Shown here in pieces: positions 50,416 to 63,790 of a DNA stretch of 64,000 nt (position 1 is its first letter; every line of letters starts with the position of its first letter). The DNA is from Harriotta raleighana. Taxonomy: Eukaryota. The stretch lies in NCBI GenBank assembly GCA_050575255.1, contig JBNZDD010013610.1:1286366-1350365 (forward strand). The letters run 5' to 3'. A program made the translations under genes and the position numbers. The notes beneath the pieces were generated by a model. That model saw nothing but the letters and a program-made list of their open reading frames with translations, did not search any database and was not told the DNA's origin.

Positions 50416-53400
50416 GCTGATTTTGATTTCTGATAACAATTGAAGGCAAAGCGACTAACGTAGAAGCTAATATATGGATTAAAATTAATCAGATATATTG
50501 GACAAACAAGATAATAAATAAGAAACCTTCATGTAAGCCAAGTTTTGAAAGAACATTTCATTCATGTTAATTTATGGACAAATTTGACCATCTTGTTCAG
50601 TGGCTTACCCAATTTATTTTCAACAAAACGTTAAAACTAAAGTAACATTTTTGCAATTACCAAAGCAAAGACAGAAAGTGAAGCTTAACAAATCAGTTTG
50701 GTCACTGGGATGAGCAGAGATGCTTTTTCTTTTAAAAAGAATTTCATGGTCAAATGGGGAGTGTGACTTGGAATCATTTTTGTACAGTAAAGTGTGTCTG
50801 CCAAGTCTACCATATGCAGAAGCACTAACAAATTAGAAATTTATTGACAGCTCTATTATTCTTAATTCCTTGAAAGTTTTGGAAGGATACAATAATATTT
50901 TGACACGGTGACATTGTCGATGTGAACTCCAAAACACAAATGGTTTCTAACTGTCATCCGAGCCCTGAGATGTTCACTGCAATGCACTCAAGTACTCAAA
51001 CGCTCTTTAGCTCATGATTTCATTCATGATCGTAACACAACCAACACAGCCAAAAGACCTTCGGATTAAAATTTCCAGCGTCTGTGTAGTGTTGATGCTA
51101 CCGATGTACTTTGCTATGGATTAGTGGGGCCCAGTATCACGCCCATGGTGTCCCCACTGGGTACATTTCGATCTCAGCCATTCCTATTAAGAGATACCTT
51201 TGTAACCTCTTGAGATGTTTCCAATGTGAGAATGATAAACCAAGATCACAGTTTCCCTGTGCTGCAGTAATCCCCACCACCAATCGCGCCCCGCCAACCC
51301 CCAATATTATTATGTCATCAAATTAAAGTGGGGGAGAGGAAAACATAACGCTTAAAAAAAATGTAACTGTACCGCCTTTTCCATGACAATAAGTCACAAA
51401 TAATTTTTTTTAAAAATTAATTGCACCCCCATCAGTTCATCAGCCTTGAAGAAATTGTTGGTGTATATCACTGTTTAAAACTCTTCCCCCCCATTAAATT
51501 TTAAAAGTGGAACAATGGGAAAATGCTTAGGTTGGAACACACAAAGGAGAGCTTTGTGCCCTACATCAATCTAGAAACGCAGACGCATAATTTGCAATCT
51601 AGCGCTGTTTGTCAAACCAACTGTCCTCAGCCATTCAGCTGAACAGACAAAGTCTAAGTCTTGTTTTCACCTCTTTCACATCAGGAGGACCTCTCCAGAG
51701 CTTCATCTGATATACTGTATATTTTGCAGGTAAACGTTAATTCAAACCAATGTTAGAAAGCAAAATCTTGAGATGGTAATATGGGTAGACCCTGAAGAAG
51801 CCAGGTGCCCAGCATTGTGGTCGAGTGATAGAAAGTCAGCCTTTCTTGCTGAATGTTACTCGTCAATTTGTTAATGCACTTTTTATGCTACAGTTGCAGA
51901 TGTTTTTGCTCCCATTTCCCCAGTCAGATATATCAGTTGCAAATCTTTTGAGCGCAAAGCATTACACTGCCGGTACTGCAGACCATTTGGCTTTCAGTCT
52001 ATACATACAGTTTCAGATTATGTGTAGAAATGGATCCAAATACTAGGGGCCCACAGAGATTGAACATTAATGCAAACTGTAGTGTGAGATCTCCTATATG
52101 TACCGTGTGACTGGAGTTCCTGTATGTCAATAATTACTGGATCATCCTTCAATACTTTAAGCAACCATTTCAAGGGAAAGCTGTGGGGTTTCACACAGAA
52201 TTGTACATTGGAAGTAAAAGAGCTTTATTTTAAACCTAGTGAATATTATGCTCCTTAACTGTGTTCCTTCATTTTACATCTGTCGAATGGAATAAGTGGC
52301 AAGAAACAATTATTTTTCACCCAAAAAATGCAAATACCCCTCAAATTAGTTAAAATGGGATTTAATTTGGAAGAAATTTGCTGAGTTAGTGAAGTCTTGA
52401 AGCGTAGAAATAAATTATTTGAGTCAATGAGGAATTAATTGTTGTGGTTACTTGTTGCGTTGATAGTAAAGATGTAAGTAAAGGTTCTTTAATGATCATG
52501 TATACAATTGATAGATGCAATGAAATGGCTGAGGTTTGGATATGCACATTTTTTGGTAACGGTTGAAGTTTGTGGATCAAACTACAGTTCTAACGAAGAG
52601 ATTTGAGATTCAAATTTAATTATATTAACTGAAAGTCCATCAACTCAGCGGTGGAATGCCTATTTGATTTATTGTAAACCTAACCAAAAATTGGTCTTTC
52701 ACTTTCAAATTGGCTGCTACGTTTGCCCACAAAACACACAGCTACTTTACAATCCTTCCAACAGGAATGATGCTCTATGTTATACCATATTTAAGTATAA
52801 ATATGAAAATTATATTTGGTTTCAGAAATAGAATAATTCGGATTTTAAATATCCTTTTCATGGTACACATTAACTATAGCTCAAACCACTAAAAATTTAA
52901 GTAAATGGAAAAATCAGCAGATGGTAAAAAAATGCCATTGCAATTCAGTGGTATGAATTCGGTTAACTGCCCCAAATCATATGAATTCTGTTAACTGCCC
53001 CCAAATCACCCTGGAGCCTGCTGGCCAAAGAAATCCATGTGATTTTTTTATATGAAAAAAAACAGGCTAAATTACGCTGGCTTAATTTATTAATGGAAAA
53101 AAAAAGTGTACTTAAAGAAAAAGCCAGCGTTTGTATCTTAGCATATTTTTTTCAGTGATATTCAAGCCTTTTGTTGCCTCTGGTTCTTAGCTCTTTCTCC
53201 AAAGAGATTGGTTTACATGGGTTATTATGTACTTAATGCTGAATTGGTCTTGCAAAAGGGTTTTGCTTCTCTCGCCATTTTTTCCTGCACACTCAGCTAG
53301 ATATATGATTAATGGAGAACATCAAATACAGTGGACCCTCTCTGTAATGTCTTTTGGCATCTCAAAAAGAGAGTATATAAATGTGAGATGTCGGGAGGGG

Positions 53401-54199
53401 GGGGGTTAAAATTTATAATTTTGTTGGTTGGGGGGGCCGGTAAATTGAAAAAGTAAAATTTTGTCTGGTCCTTATTGTTGCTAAATTATAAATTCAGAAT
53501 TTTGCAAAGATTTTCATGTACTGTACTTTAAACAGTTATATATTTTATGATATGATGTATGTAGGATCATTTTTGGTCCAATTGAGTACTGATGTATTTG
53601 TGCTTTATAGATTATTAATCACTTTCACCTGAGTGAAGGTATCACTTCCATTGTGGTTCAATGTTTGATTTTTATTCTGAAGGAAAATTTACTAAAATAA
53701 AGTTTGTATTTGAAAAATGACCGTTGAATTATTTTTGCTTTTATTTGGCATAAAGTCGAGAAATTACAATTTGATGTTTGAACCTGCTGGTATATTTACA
53801 GCCCAGTCTATTCATAATACAATATTGTACACATTTGATTTAGTTATTCCCATTCAGTAGAAAACTGCTGACATTGCTACAGTAAAGCACACACACATAC
53901 ATATTGTAATTTTTGAAATGTTGGCTGAAAGACTGGTGTATACTGTCTCATAAAACCAAACCAAAACCATTGTGGTTTGCTTCGTGTGACAAAGTGAATG
54001 TCGGTGAATAATGTATCAATGTTCAGGTAATGGTTTTGTGATGGTTTCAAATATTTGATCAGTTTCGTTAACCAATGGCTTGTTCAACTGCATAAAAAAT
54101 TATTTGCTCCAGCCGTATGGACACCAATCCATTTTACTTGGAAGATCTGAATGCTGTAATTGAATTGAGTCCAAATGGTAACAGCTCACCGTGTGTGAG

Positions 54200-54308
54200 T
54201 CGTTAAACCAAAGCTCTGCTTGTTCAGGTGGACGTTAAAAGATTCCGTGGCACTACTCGAGAAGGAGGTTTCTCTTGCCTTGGTGTCCTGGCTGACAATC
54301 CTCCATCT
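54200..54308 (+). mobile_element. DeuSINE core fragment
   Basis: cgttaaaccaaagctctgcttgttcaggtggacgttaaaagattccgtggcactactcgag...ggtgtcctggctgacaat. Confidence 0.7.
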
Positions 54309-54598
54309 TACAAAAAAATTATCATTCCCTTCATTCCACATATTGAGCTCAATTCACAAGGGTTGATTCACAAGGTGGTTCTGATTATTGGTGATTTACT
54401 AGAAATTCCCAGTTTAATATATAAATGAAATTGCACATAAACAATTAACCAGAGGAAGAAGCCAAATCAGGTGATTTGTATAGGTCACCTTAAATATTTT
54501 CCTGGCACTATTTTCATCATTTCATTCCTTATAACACTAGCAGTAGTAGATGAGTTTGTGAGTCTGTTCTACTGGGCTCAGTTTCTTTATAATGAGAA

Positions 54599-54716
54599 GA
54601 ATAATACTTGTATTTGATACCTCATCAATTCTTTGTGACATCTGAAAGTGCTTCACAGAATACACTGTTAAGTGAATGGACTGTATATTTTGTATGAGAA
54701 ACATGGCAACCAATTT
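54599..54716 (-). mobile_element. SINE 3' fragment
   Basis: aataatacttgtatttgatacc...aagtgcttcacagaatacactgttaagtgaatggactgtatattttg. Confidence 0.8.
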
Positions 54717-55084
54717 TGTTCCCTAATTTTGCTTTCTAATTGCATGAAGATTATCCATTTTTAATTTGTATTCCTTAATTTGATGTTATGATACACAGCT
54801 TGTTTGTATCTAAACTATTAGCTCCGAAACAACATTTTGTTCAATGAAAACCAGTTTAGCTGCTCAAACCTCTCATAATTTTGTCTCTTAATTTTGTCTC
54901 CAGCAATTCTATAAATAATAATTGTTCTTGGTTGTTTTCGAACCTCCTCCAATGTACCAAACCACCTTTTGAACAAGTGTCCGAAGTTGTGCACAAATAC
55001 ATCCTCCCAAAGTCCTAAACAAATTTGGAATAAATATCTTCTTTGTACTTAGAATCAGCTGCCCCCAAGATGTATCCTTCTATT

Positions 55085-55330
55085 TGTTTTGCTCAACCTT
55101 CTTTCAAAGTCACACATGTGCAACTTTATGAAATGCCTTTTGAACATCCAAGTCAATTAAATCCTCGAGGGAGTTCTCATCCCTCTCTCCATAGCCACTT
55201 CCTCAAAGAATTTCACCAGATTAGTGAGATATGATCTACTGTTTCTAAATGCGTACTCCTCATGATCTCTTTGCGTTGTAGATGAGTGTTGAAAGCATCC
55301 TGTGTAATAGTCTCGAGCGTCATGTCCACC
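55085..55330 (-). mobile_element. CR1 LINE reverse transcriptase remnant
   Basis: Minus translation EYAFRNSRSYLTNLVKFFEEVA ... LDVQKAFHKVAH matches CR1 RT QHGFxKGRSCLTNLLEFFEEVT...YLDFQKAFDKVPH. Confidence 0.85.
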
Positions 55331-56210
55331 AGAGACATTATTCTAACTGATATGTGATTTCCAGCGACATGTCTGTACTTTCTATTGTGTGACTCGAAGC
55401 ACTCTTATTTCTAGAACAGATGCTAAATCCATAGGACATCTTAAAGAGGAGCTCAGTCCTGTTTAAGTGATCAACTTTGGTACTTTTCTCAGAAACCCCA
55501 AGTCTCATAAAAGTATTCAGAACTGTGTATTCCAGAGAACTTCCATCTTCAAACATTACAGTTTGTGTCTCCAATGTCCTTTTGATCCAGCTAATTACTT
55601 TACAGTTGGCAATATTGATTGCTTGCAGTCTAGTTTTGCGGTAAGGGCTTTTTATAGAATCTTGACTCATGAAGAATTTTTGAAACACTTGAAATCAAAA
55701 CAAGATATCAATTAGATGAGCAGACAATTATTCATTAGGATAACCAATGCGCAGTGAAGGTTGCGTGTTAATAATTAAGCCTTTTTCTAGATTTCATCCC
55801 TCTGCACACTTGAACTCCTCATTTCATGTTTGTCTTTTGTTTATTTCCAGGTCACTGACATTTCCCCATTTTCAGCTTCATGCTTTTCTGATTCTCTTGC
55901 TGTGTTGTTCCTAATACTGTATACTGGTTAATGAGCAAGGAACATATTCCCCACGCTTGTCACAGTTTATAGAAATTAGTTTTTCTGTTAGCTCTCTGGT
56001 CTTTAGCACAAATTATGATTCCTTTGGTAAAATAGGAAACGCTTTGCAACTCAAATCTCACAACTGATTTTTTTGTTGTTGTGGCTCAAAATACATTTGC
56101 AACAGCCAAAGAGAAAGAAAATGTTTCCTCTCCTCTCCCCATTACAACTTAAAAAAATCAGATAAAATAAAATTAAAAATAGATCAGACAAAATAAATTG
56201 TTTAAAGACA

Positions 56211-56322
56211 ATCGCCCATACAGTCAAATTCACTTTACAGTATATTCTGTGAAGCGCTTTGAGACATTGATAAGATGTGAAAAGCGCAGTATCAAAATGC
56301 TAGGATTATTATTATATTATTA
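56211..56322 (+). mobile_element. SINE 3' fragment
   Basis: ttcactttacagtatattctgtgaagcgctttgagacattgataagatgtgaaaagcgcagtatc...ggattattatattatta. Confidence 0.85.
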
Positions 56323-56698
56323 TAAAGATACAAATCTTTATAGGATCTGAATTTAAATCATAATTGTATGGGGGGAAACAATGCATTGCATAGTTGTGGA
56401 TGGATGAAAAACCCCTTTGTCGCTTTTCTGCATATGAACACATGAAGTTGACATTTTACACTAGTGGTAAAAGTCAGACAGAGACTTTCACATTTTTTTT
56501 CCAGCTTCTGCGACTGTACAGTAAGGACAGCAGGAGAAATTGTCTGTCATACAAGCCGCAAGTTTCTGTTCTCGGAATTTAATTCAAGCCTCTCAGCAGT
56601 CATTCGGAAAGATCAATTTCATGACTATGTTGCTGCCGTGATTTGGTAGTTTGTCTTTTCTGACCATTGAAACTGTCGCACTAGTTTGAGGAGTTGTC

Positions 56699-56721
56699 TG
56701 TGTGTGTGTGTGTGTGTGTGT
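56699..56721. repeat. (GT)n microsatellite
   Basis: Read directly from the sequence. Confidence 0.9.
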
Positions 56722-56860
56722 TTTTTGGTTGCAAATATTCTGATACTCTCCTTTTTTAATATTCTACCACCCCCCCCCAATCCCGCCCCACACCCACTTG
56801 ATATTATGCACTGCCACTGTCATGGGTTCTGGGAAGCTACTCTGCATGAGGGTCACTTTC

Positions 56861-56927
56861 TAATAATAATAATCCTTGCATTTGATATTGCGTGTAGTGC
56901 CTTATCACGTCTTCCAGACATTTCAAA
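56861..56927 (-). mobile_element. SINE tail fragment
   Basis: taataataataatccttgcatttgatattg...tagtgccttatcacgtcttccagacatttcaaa. Confidence 0.85.
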
Positions 56928-59900
56928 CATGCAAGCTGTTGTTGCTGATATTCAAGGCCTTTTCTTCAGAGCAATGCTCTCTTGCGAATCACAAGAGACT
57001 GCTGTGTACGTTTGCCTAAAATACAGTGAACACGATCTACAAACTCGATGAATTTGGAGCATCTGCGACGTATTTCGCCTCCGTTTTTGACGTGATTTAC
57101 ACTTGTAGGCAATATGTTGTCATGTTTTGAAATTTTATCAAAGTTCTACAGGGAAGCTCATTTAGGGCCACAGCAGAACTTAATTTGTAATCTTTTTGTG
57201 TCTTGATACATGTCACACCTACAAGAAAGCCTTCAGTCCCAGGGAAAGCGGTGTTATAAACCTATTTTGCAAAATTATTCTGTCTTCAAATGCTAATGCA
57301 GCGAGTTTTCTTTTAAACTTTACAATGGCAATCCGCAAGCTTTCATTAAATTAGAGATTTCATTGTTTCCATGCAAATACGCTTTCTGATGTGCCTGCCG
57401 ATTACCAGAAGTTACTTTTCACATTTCACAATAGAATTTGCTGAATGAGGACAGATCTGTCACATTATGACAGATTTTTGCATACACTGTGCTTTGACTT
57501 TTTTGTTAAAAAAAATCTGTTGACTCAATTGAAAAGTGACAGGGCAATATTTAACCTGAATAGAGGCATGTTGACTCCTCTTATTAAAAGTGACAGTTAA
57601 GGACATTTCTTTCTTTGTTTTCCTTGATGTACAGAGACAAGTGCGCTTTGCCTAACTAGTACATAAGTCTAACGAATACAAAGTCGCATGACTTTCCCCC
57701 ACCACTGCCCCCCCATTCCACAGCAATTTTATAAATGGTGTCTGTGGAATGGTTTAATGTAATGAGGCAACCTTTTTTTTCCCCTGAAGTGTGAAGTTTC
57801 TCCCCCTTTTCTCTCTCTCTCTCTCTCCCACCCCTCCCTCGGGTAGGGGGTTTAGTAGATGAGCTCAAAAAAAGAGTCAGTAATCTTCCAGGGGTCAGGA
57901 ATGACTGAGCCCAAGGCATTAACTTTTGCATGTCCTATTTTCCACAAGTAATTGTTGACGATCTCATTTCATTCCAAAGCTACTCTCAGAAGGGTTGAAT
58001 TTACCAATCTCATTTGTAAAGCTATTCTCTGCATTTATTTATTTTAAATGTATATACTGTATATATATATATATATTTTAAAAGCAAACAGTGTTCACTT
58101 GTTAAGTTTACCACAAACCTTCCCCCCCCCCTTTAGAAATGTATATGTTTTCTTCTTTTATGAAAAGAAATAGCATTTCATTTATAACTTGACAAATAAA
58201 AAAAATCTGCCAGTAGTATCCGAGGCAAATTAAAACTGAATTAGCCTTCACAAACCATTTCCTTGTGTTTACTGATTATTCTGCCTGTTGTAACCAGAAG
58301 GCATTAAGAATAATTTCAGTGCTGGACACACTCATTCTTCTCTCTAGCAAGGTGAAAATAATTTTATTTTCATCACCTTTTTTCGGTGATGGATTTACTT
58401 GAGAAAAATAATGACAGGCTTCCTCACAGCAGCTGACAATTCTGATGCTGAGAGTGGGTAGACTGAGCAGACTGAAGAAGTATCTCTCTACCTATTATGG
58501 CAAAAATCGATAATGCACTATCTAAATTGCACCTCCCATAGGAGCAGAACAAATCCAGAAGGGGGAAGTCATCATTCTCTGTGAAAGCTCCTGCAAATTC
58601 AACCAGCACAATTATGAACAGATTTTCAGAAAAAGAAAACTCATCCACCATAAAATTAATTGTGCACTCAGATGCTGTGAAGTGTGCAAGAACACATGTG
58701 CCTGATTCCTAGGGAAAAAAAAACATTTCTCCAGCAACTTTTGCCCCAAGTTATTATGTGCCTGGTAATAAAAAAAATCTCCAGTATTCAACACCCCACC
58801 CCCCACTCCACCCCACCCCCCCAAAAAAAACCTTGTTATTACATATAAGAGCAAATGATCATATTATTTTATTTATTGCAGGGCTATTTTTAACTAAAAA
58901 TTTGTAACTGAAAATAACTGGAAGGATATTTTAAACAGAGGTGTGTGTGTGTGTTTTATGTTACGGTGTGTGTGTGTGGGGTGGTGGGGGTGGGGGGTGG
59001 AGGGGAAATTGCTCAGTGCAGTAAATTAATTGGCATTTCACAGCCCTCTCCTCTCTTTGAATCTGATTGCGTCTTTGGGTTCTTGAGGACAGAGGCGGGG
59101 AAAGGAATATCAAAGGTTCCCTGCAAGTGTATCAAATTGAAATTGCCTAAGAAAAGATTATGAAAAACTACGCTGACTATTATTGGCAATGCGTAAAAGT
59201 CCATGCGACATCACACACTGTGGGTCTGGTGGGGCCATCAGACAAGGTGTCATCCATCAAACCCCTGCCACCAGCTGGATATTGGCGATCTGTTTCCGCT
59301 TGCAGTAGTTATCCCACTGAAGGAAAATCTCTAAACAAGGCTGTGAATTGGTTTTCATGCTTGCATTGACAGATTGGAAAAGCAGTTTGTTCTACCAAAT
59401 TTAACAATGATATATCATTATCACAACTTTGGGAGAAATCTATAAAATCAATAAGTTTGTAGCCTAACTAGGATTTGTATTGCTTACATGCTGAGCTTCT
59501 GTCAGAGTAAGAGGGTATAGATTGAGTCACAGGCAGATCAATGCATTTGTGGACACTAAGCTCAATAACAACCCTTCTGAAAAGAAATAGATGTAAAAAG
59601 CAAATTTACTAGGGGAAAAAAAAGCTAATATCCTTTCTGTTTGTGGCTGGAGCACTATTCTGCCGCTACTGGCGCTGGCAGCTTTAATGCTCACATGCTA
59701 TGTGCTTGCCATGCCGAGTGCTGCTGCTGTTTCAGATTCTTGCTCTGTGATATACAGTTGAATGCTCCCATTTGCAGTGTTTGTCGGAAACTGGCCAAGA
59801 GAAAAAAGGGCCCTTTATTGTAAATTGAATACGAAACTCAGTCAGCGCTGTTGCTGAAGAAACTGGGCAGCTTTTATTTACTTTGTACTGGTGAGGATTT

Positions 59901-60460
59901 GCTAATGGAGAAAAATAAAGACGTGTAATTAAATAGTTTAATGAATTTGTGTGTCTTTTGTTTGAGTAAGATGTGGAATGTGTGGGGCTGCAAGGTTGCA
60001 CAAAGAACTTGGCTGGTACCAAGTAATGTAGGAAATCCGCTCTTTGAATGAGACTAAAGCTTTTTATACTTCATTATCACAGCATGTTAAATTGCTTGTA
60101 GTAAACGGTTTGGATTTTTTTTCTTTGATTAAACAAAAGAAGCGTTCAGTGCCTGGATTGTAACTCTTGTGTTGAGAAGACAATAAATCAGGGCTTTTTT
60201 TTTGTTAAAATGTCATGACTGCGTTTGTATGTCATTTCGGGGTAAAAAGAAACAATGTTTTGGGAAGAATGATGTTCTTTCTCTCCGTAATTGTACACGT
60301 AGAATATTAATATTTACTCTTAAGATGAAGAATTTCAGCTGCTAAGACTTTTGCCTTGGGTTTTACCAATTCAAACATTAATTTTTCAAATTTGACAGGA
60401 TGTTCTTAAAAGAACAGTTTATTGACTGGATTGTGATTTTCTTAGGATTAATAATATTAT

Positions 60461-60663
60461 TAATAATAATTCCTAAAAAGAAATAAATAATAATTTGGTC
60501 GCTTAAATCCCCGACTGTTTGTGGAACTCTGCTGTGCGCAATTGGCTGCTGTGTTTTGCCCACAAATATACAGTCAATTCAATTTACAGTATATTCTGTG
60601 AATCGCTTTGAGACATCTAGTAGACGTGAAAAGTGCTACATCAAATGCAAGGATTATTATTAC
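60461..60663 (+). mobile_element. Short-type SINE lacking head
   Basis: aatccccgactgtttgtggaactctgctgtgcgcaattggctgctgtgttttgcccacaaatatacagtcaattc...tcaaatgcaaggattattatta. Confidence 0.9.
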
Positions 60664-60884
60664 TTGTATGATTGTTAATCAAAATGCAAGTTTATAATTC
60701 AAATATACTTGCTTGGAAATCAGGGCTTGGTTTAAAACTGGTTCCATCCTTTGGAGTAGGACTACCAATAGTTGCCAACAAATAAGCTTGTGAAGGATGC
60801 AACCCCCAGCGCTGCATTGGTTTGTCATCTTAGACAATGTGATTCCAAGTCCCAATGTAGGGCTTCAGCCAACAAGCTTCTGAT

Positions 60885-61098
60885 TGATGTGAAAGGCGCT
60901 ATGCAAGTGTCATTTTGTTTGTTTGTTTGTTCTATTTGTGCTTGTTGATGAGCCCCCCCCCCCCACACACACAACACACAGTTCTGGAAGCAAGCCCTTG
61001 TGTCCACTCTCTTACTTTCAGAACGTCCCAGCGTCTTGGGACGTCCTCCTGATGTGAAAGGTGCTGCACAAATATAATATTGTTGTTGTTGTTGTTGT
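60885..61098 (+). mobile_element. Two tandem L2-type 3' tails
   Basis: gatgtgaaaggcgctatgcaag...(TTTG)n and cttgggacgtcctcctgatgtgaaaggtgctgc...(GTT)n. Confidence 0.7.
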
Positions 61099-61145
61099 AT
61101 TGCCCGAAGATTCCATTTGGAATCCTTTTCACTTGTGCTCAACCT

Positions 61146-61455
61146 CATCCGTCCTCTGTCCTTCAGGATAAGAAATTGAACTGAGGTTCTGTTTGCCTGT
61201 TAGGGTGGAAGTTAAAAATTGCATGACACTTTTCGAAAAGAGAAGCAAATTTCTCCCAGTGTCTTTGCCACAATCCCCCTAATAAAAACGGTCACTCACA
61301 TCATGCTTGTTTGTGGGATATTGTTGTGTCCAAATTGGCTGCTGTGTTTGCCTACAAAAATATATATTCACTATACTGCACAGTAAAATCCCGTGAAGTG
61401 CTTTCAGATCTCTCAACGTCATTGTAAATCATAAGGCTACCAAGGATTATTATTA
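61146..61455 (+). mobile_element. Long DeuSINE-type SINE, 5' truncated
   Basis: tgaactgaggttctgtttgcctgttagggtggaagttaaaa...gtccaaattggctgctgtgtttgcctac...aggattattatta. Confidence 0.8.
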
Positions 61456-61770
61456 GTAAATTTGTGAAGCTACTTGAAATATTTTCAACAAACATTAGAA
61501 GAGAGGAGTGAGAAGGGGTTACACAGCTGATTTCTCATCAATTTCATTATCCCTTAAGTTAATTTTTATCAATTTCTTAGACCAAACCTTTTGGCAGATG
61601 AAGAATTGATCCGATTCCCTTTAGAATACTTCAACTCAGTCTATATTTACTACACTAGGTGGCGACCTGATCCATAGGCCAATGGCTGAAGTGCGAAGTT
61701 GGTCTGATTACCTTTAATATCGTCGGAGGAGTAAATTTGCCACAAACTTCATGATTTGTGAGTGTGTTTC

Positions 61771-61970
61771 TGGAGACATCTGTGTCCTGACCAACCATCC
61801 CGCAGATAAAATTTGTCCCTCACTAATGGCTCTTTGTGGGACGTTGATGTAGCTGACCAACAAAATACACTGTCTGCAATTAGCAGTATATCCCATGAAG
61901 AGTTTTGTGATATCTACCCAATGTGAAAGGCGTTGTATCAAATGTAAGGATTCTATGTGTTATATTATTA
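61771..61970 (+). mobile_element. DeuSINE-type 3' half
   Basis: tgtgtcctgaccaacc...tttgtgggacgttgatgt...tgtgaaaggcgttgtatcaaatgtaaggatt. Confidence 0.7.
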
Positions 61971-61976
61971 CCTGGT

Positions 61977-62338
61977 TTCACTGGAATGATTTACTAGTCA
62001 CCAGAGAGAGCAGCACAGGTATAATAATATGCATCCAGCTAAAATTTCCAGAATAAAGTTTTACAGACCTGGGTGCTTAAAGCTTGGCACCTGTGCAGAA
62101 CACTTAAATCTGCTGTAACATTTCTGTAATATTATGGTAGAGAGTTGGCTGAGTGGCATCAAATGAAAACTGAGCTATTTTAATTGAAAACAAAATAGCA
62201 CAAAGGTTGCCAAATTAAAAAAATTAAAGTCTTTTTTTTGGTGAAAACTCATAAGTTGCATTCACTGGAATGATTTACTAGTCACCAGAGAGAGCAGCAC
62301 AGGTATAATAATATGCATCCAGCTAAAAGTTCCAGAAT
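61977..62338 (+). repeat. 78-bp direct duplication (61977-62054 and 62261-62338)
   Basis: ttcactggaatgatttactagtcaccagagagagcagcacaggtataataatatgcatccagctaaaa[t/g]ttccagaat; 77/78 identical, offset 284 bp. Confidence 0.95.
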
Positions 62339-63184
62339 TAATTTTGTGAAAATAATATTTTTTTCTATCAATTTTCCATGCAGAAGCATTATATTTATTT
62401 GACTCAACCTGTAAAACTCTGAGGGATTTCTTCTTGATTCTACGTGCCTTTTTTAAATTAATCAAGGAAGCAGTAATTTTCCCGATATAATGAAACACTT
62501 ATAAGGTAATTTAGAACATTTGGCAGCAGGTATCTACCTTCTACTGAGAAGCAAAGAAACCCTATGAAAGTGACTGGCCTTATTGATTATCCTGGCTACA
62601 GACACCTTCACCTCTGCCATTTAAATGGTCAGAAAACCCAGTATTAAAGTATTCAAGGTTGCACTCACTGACTCTTGGGGATGGCTGGAGCAGAAGGGAA
62701 ACTTGTCAATTACCTCCGTTAAATCAACTCTTAAACAGTGCTCACTGAACTGAAGGTAGACTGAGGGACAACCAATGAAAGTGCACCAGGAGTTGTGGGG
62801 AAAGCAAAACTGGCTGCTAACGGGGTTAGGAAATGGGCTAATGGAGAATTGCCTTTGGAAGTCAATTAGTCAGGAAGGTGATTACAGTCTCAGGTCTTGT
62901 TTGCCATTGTGTGGGTGGACCCATTGCTATGATATGTTAGCTATTCATTACCCCACCAAGTCAATTTGAGAATAGTCGTAAAACCAAGTGCTTCATTGTA
63001 GCAGACTGCAGCTTACTGTAAAGGAAAGATGTTGCATAGAAGGTGGACTAGTGCGAAGTGTGCTCTTTTAGTAATGGCATTAAAGAGCTAGCTGCTTGGT
63101 TTGAAATAAGTTTCAAATAGACTCCAAGGAAGTTTTTATTCTATTAAAATATAGAATATAAGCATATGGTTAGTAAACAGCAGA

Positions 63185-63790
63185 GAGCAGCCAGAGGCCT
63201 GACCTCTCCTCACCCAGCTGACACCCATACCCATGACACTCTCTCATACACTATCACTGCTCCAGTGCAGGCAGATGCAGGAATCCTAGTTGGTTTTCCC
63301 CTCTCTAACCCTGTGGAAAGCCTGTGCCAATTTGCCTACTGATGCAGCCTCTCTGAGCTGGGTTTTTACAAAAAATTACAGTGCTCTGAGAAACCTCTGA
63401 ATTCTGTGATTCAAAGAGCGATTCTGAGAGCGTTTTGTGAGCCACCACCACATCGCCGGGTTGTGGGTTCCATAAAGTGCAGATTGCCTTCTGGCATTTT
63501 AAGCAATCTTAGAGGATTGTAATACCTTTGTGCAAAATAACATGTTGCATCAGCTTGTAGGTGGGTTGGCTCGTTGAGATTGTGGTTAAGCAATTGTTTA
63601 AATGGTTTTCCTTATAGTTGAGTAGGTAAATGCACTGCCTATTGTGGTACTCAGCCACACAGTGAAACAAGGTCTCAGGATAAATCCCTGGTCCTAGCAC
63701 AGTCACTAATTAAATATCATCTGAATTGTCAGCTGGCATCAGTATCCCTGGGCTGGAGAAGGGGACAAACTAAGCAGGTTTCCAGTCCGA
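63185..63790. mobile_element. Inverted pair of an old GC-richer SINE-like family (63185-63360 minus; 63618-63790 plus)
   Basis: ggaatcctagttggttttcccctctctaaccctgtgga (~63280-63317) is roughly the reverse complement of tccctgggctggagaaggggacaaactaagcaggtttcc (~63745-63783). The plus copy has a tRNA-like head (gtaggtaaatgcactgcc...caggataaatccctggtc). Confidence 0.45.

Noticed and set aside
55338-55688. 116-aa minus ORF
   Set aside because: No recognisable domain; it lies directly upstream of the CR1 RT remnant and is probably decayed LINE sequence.
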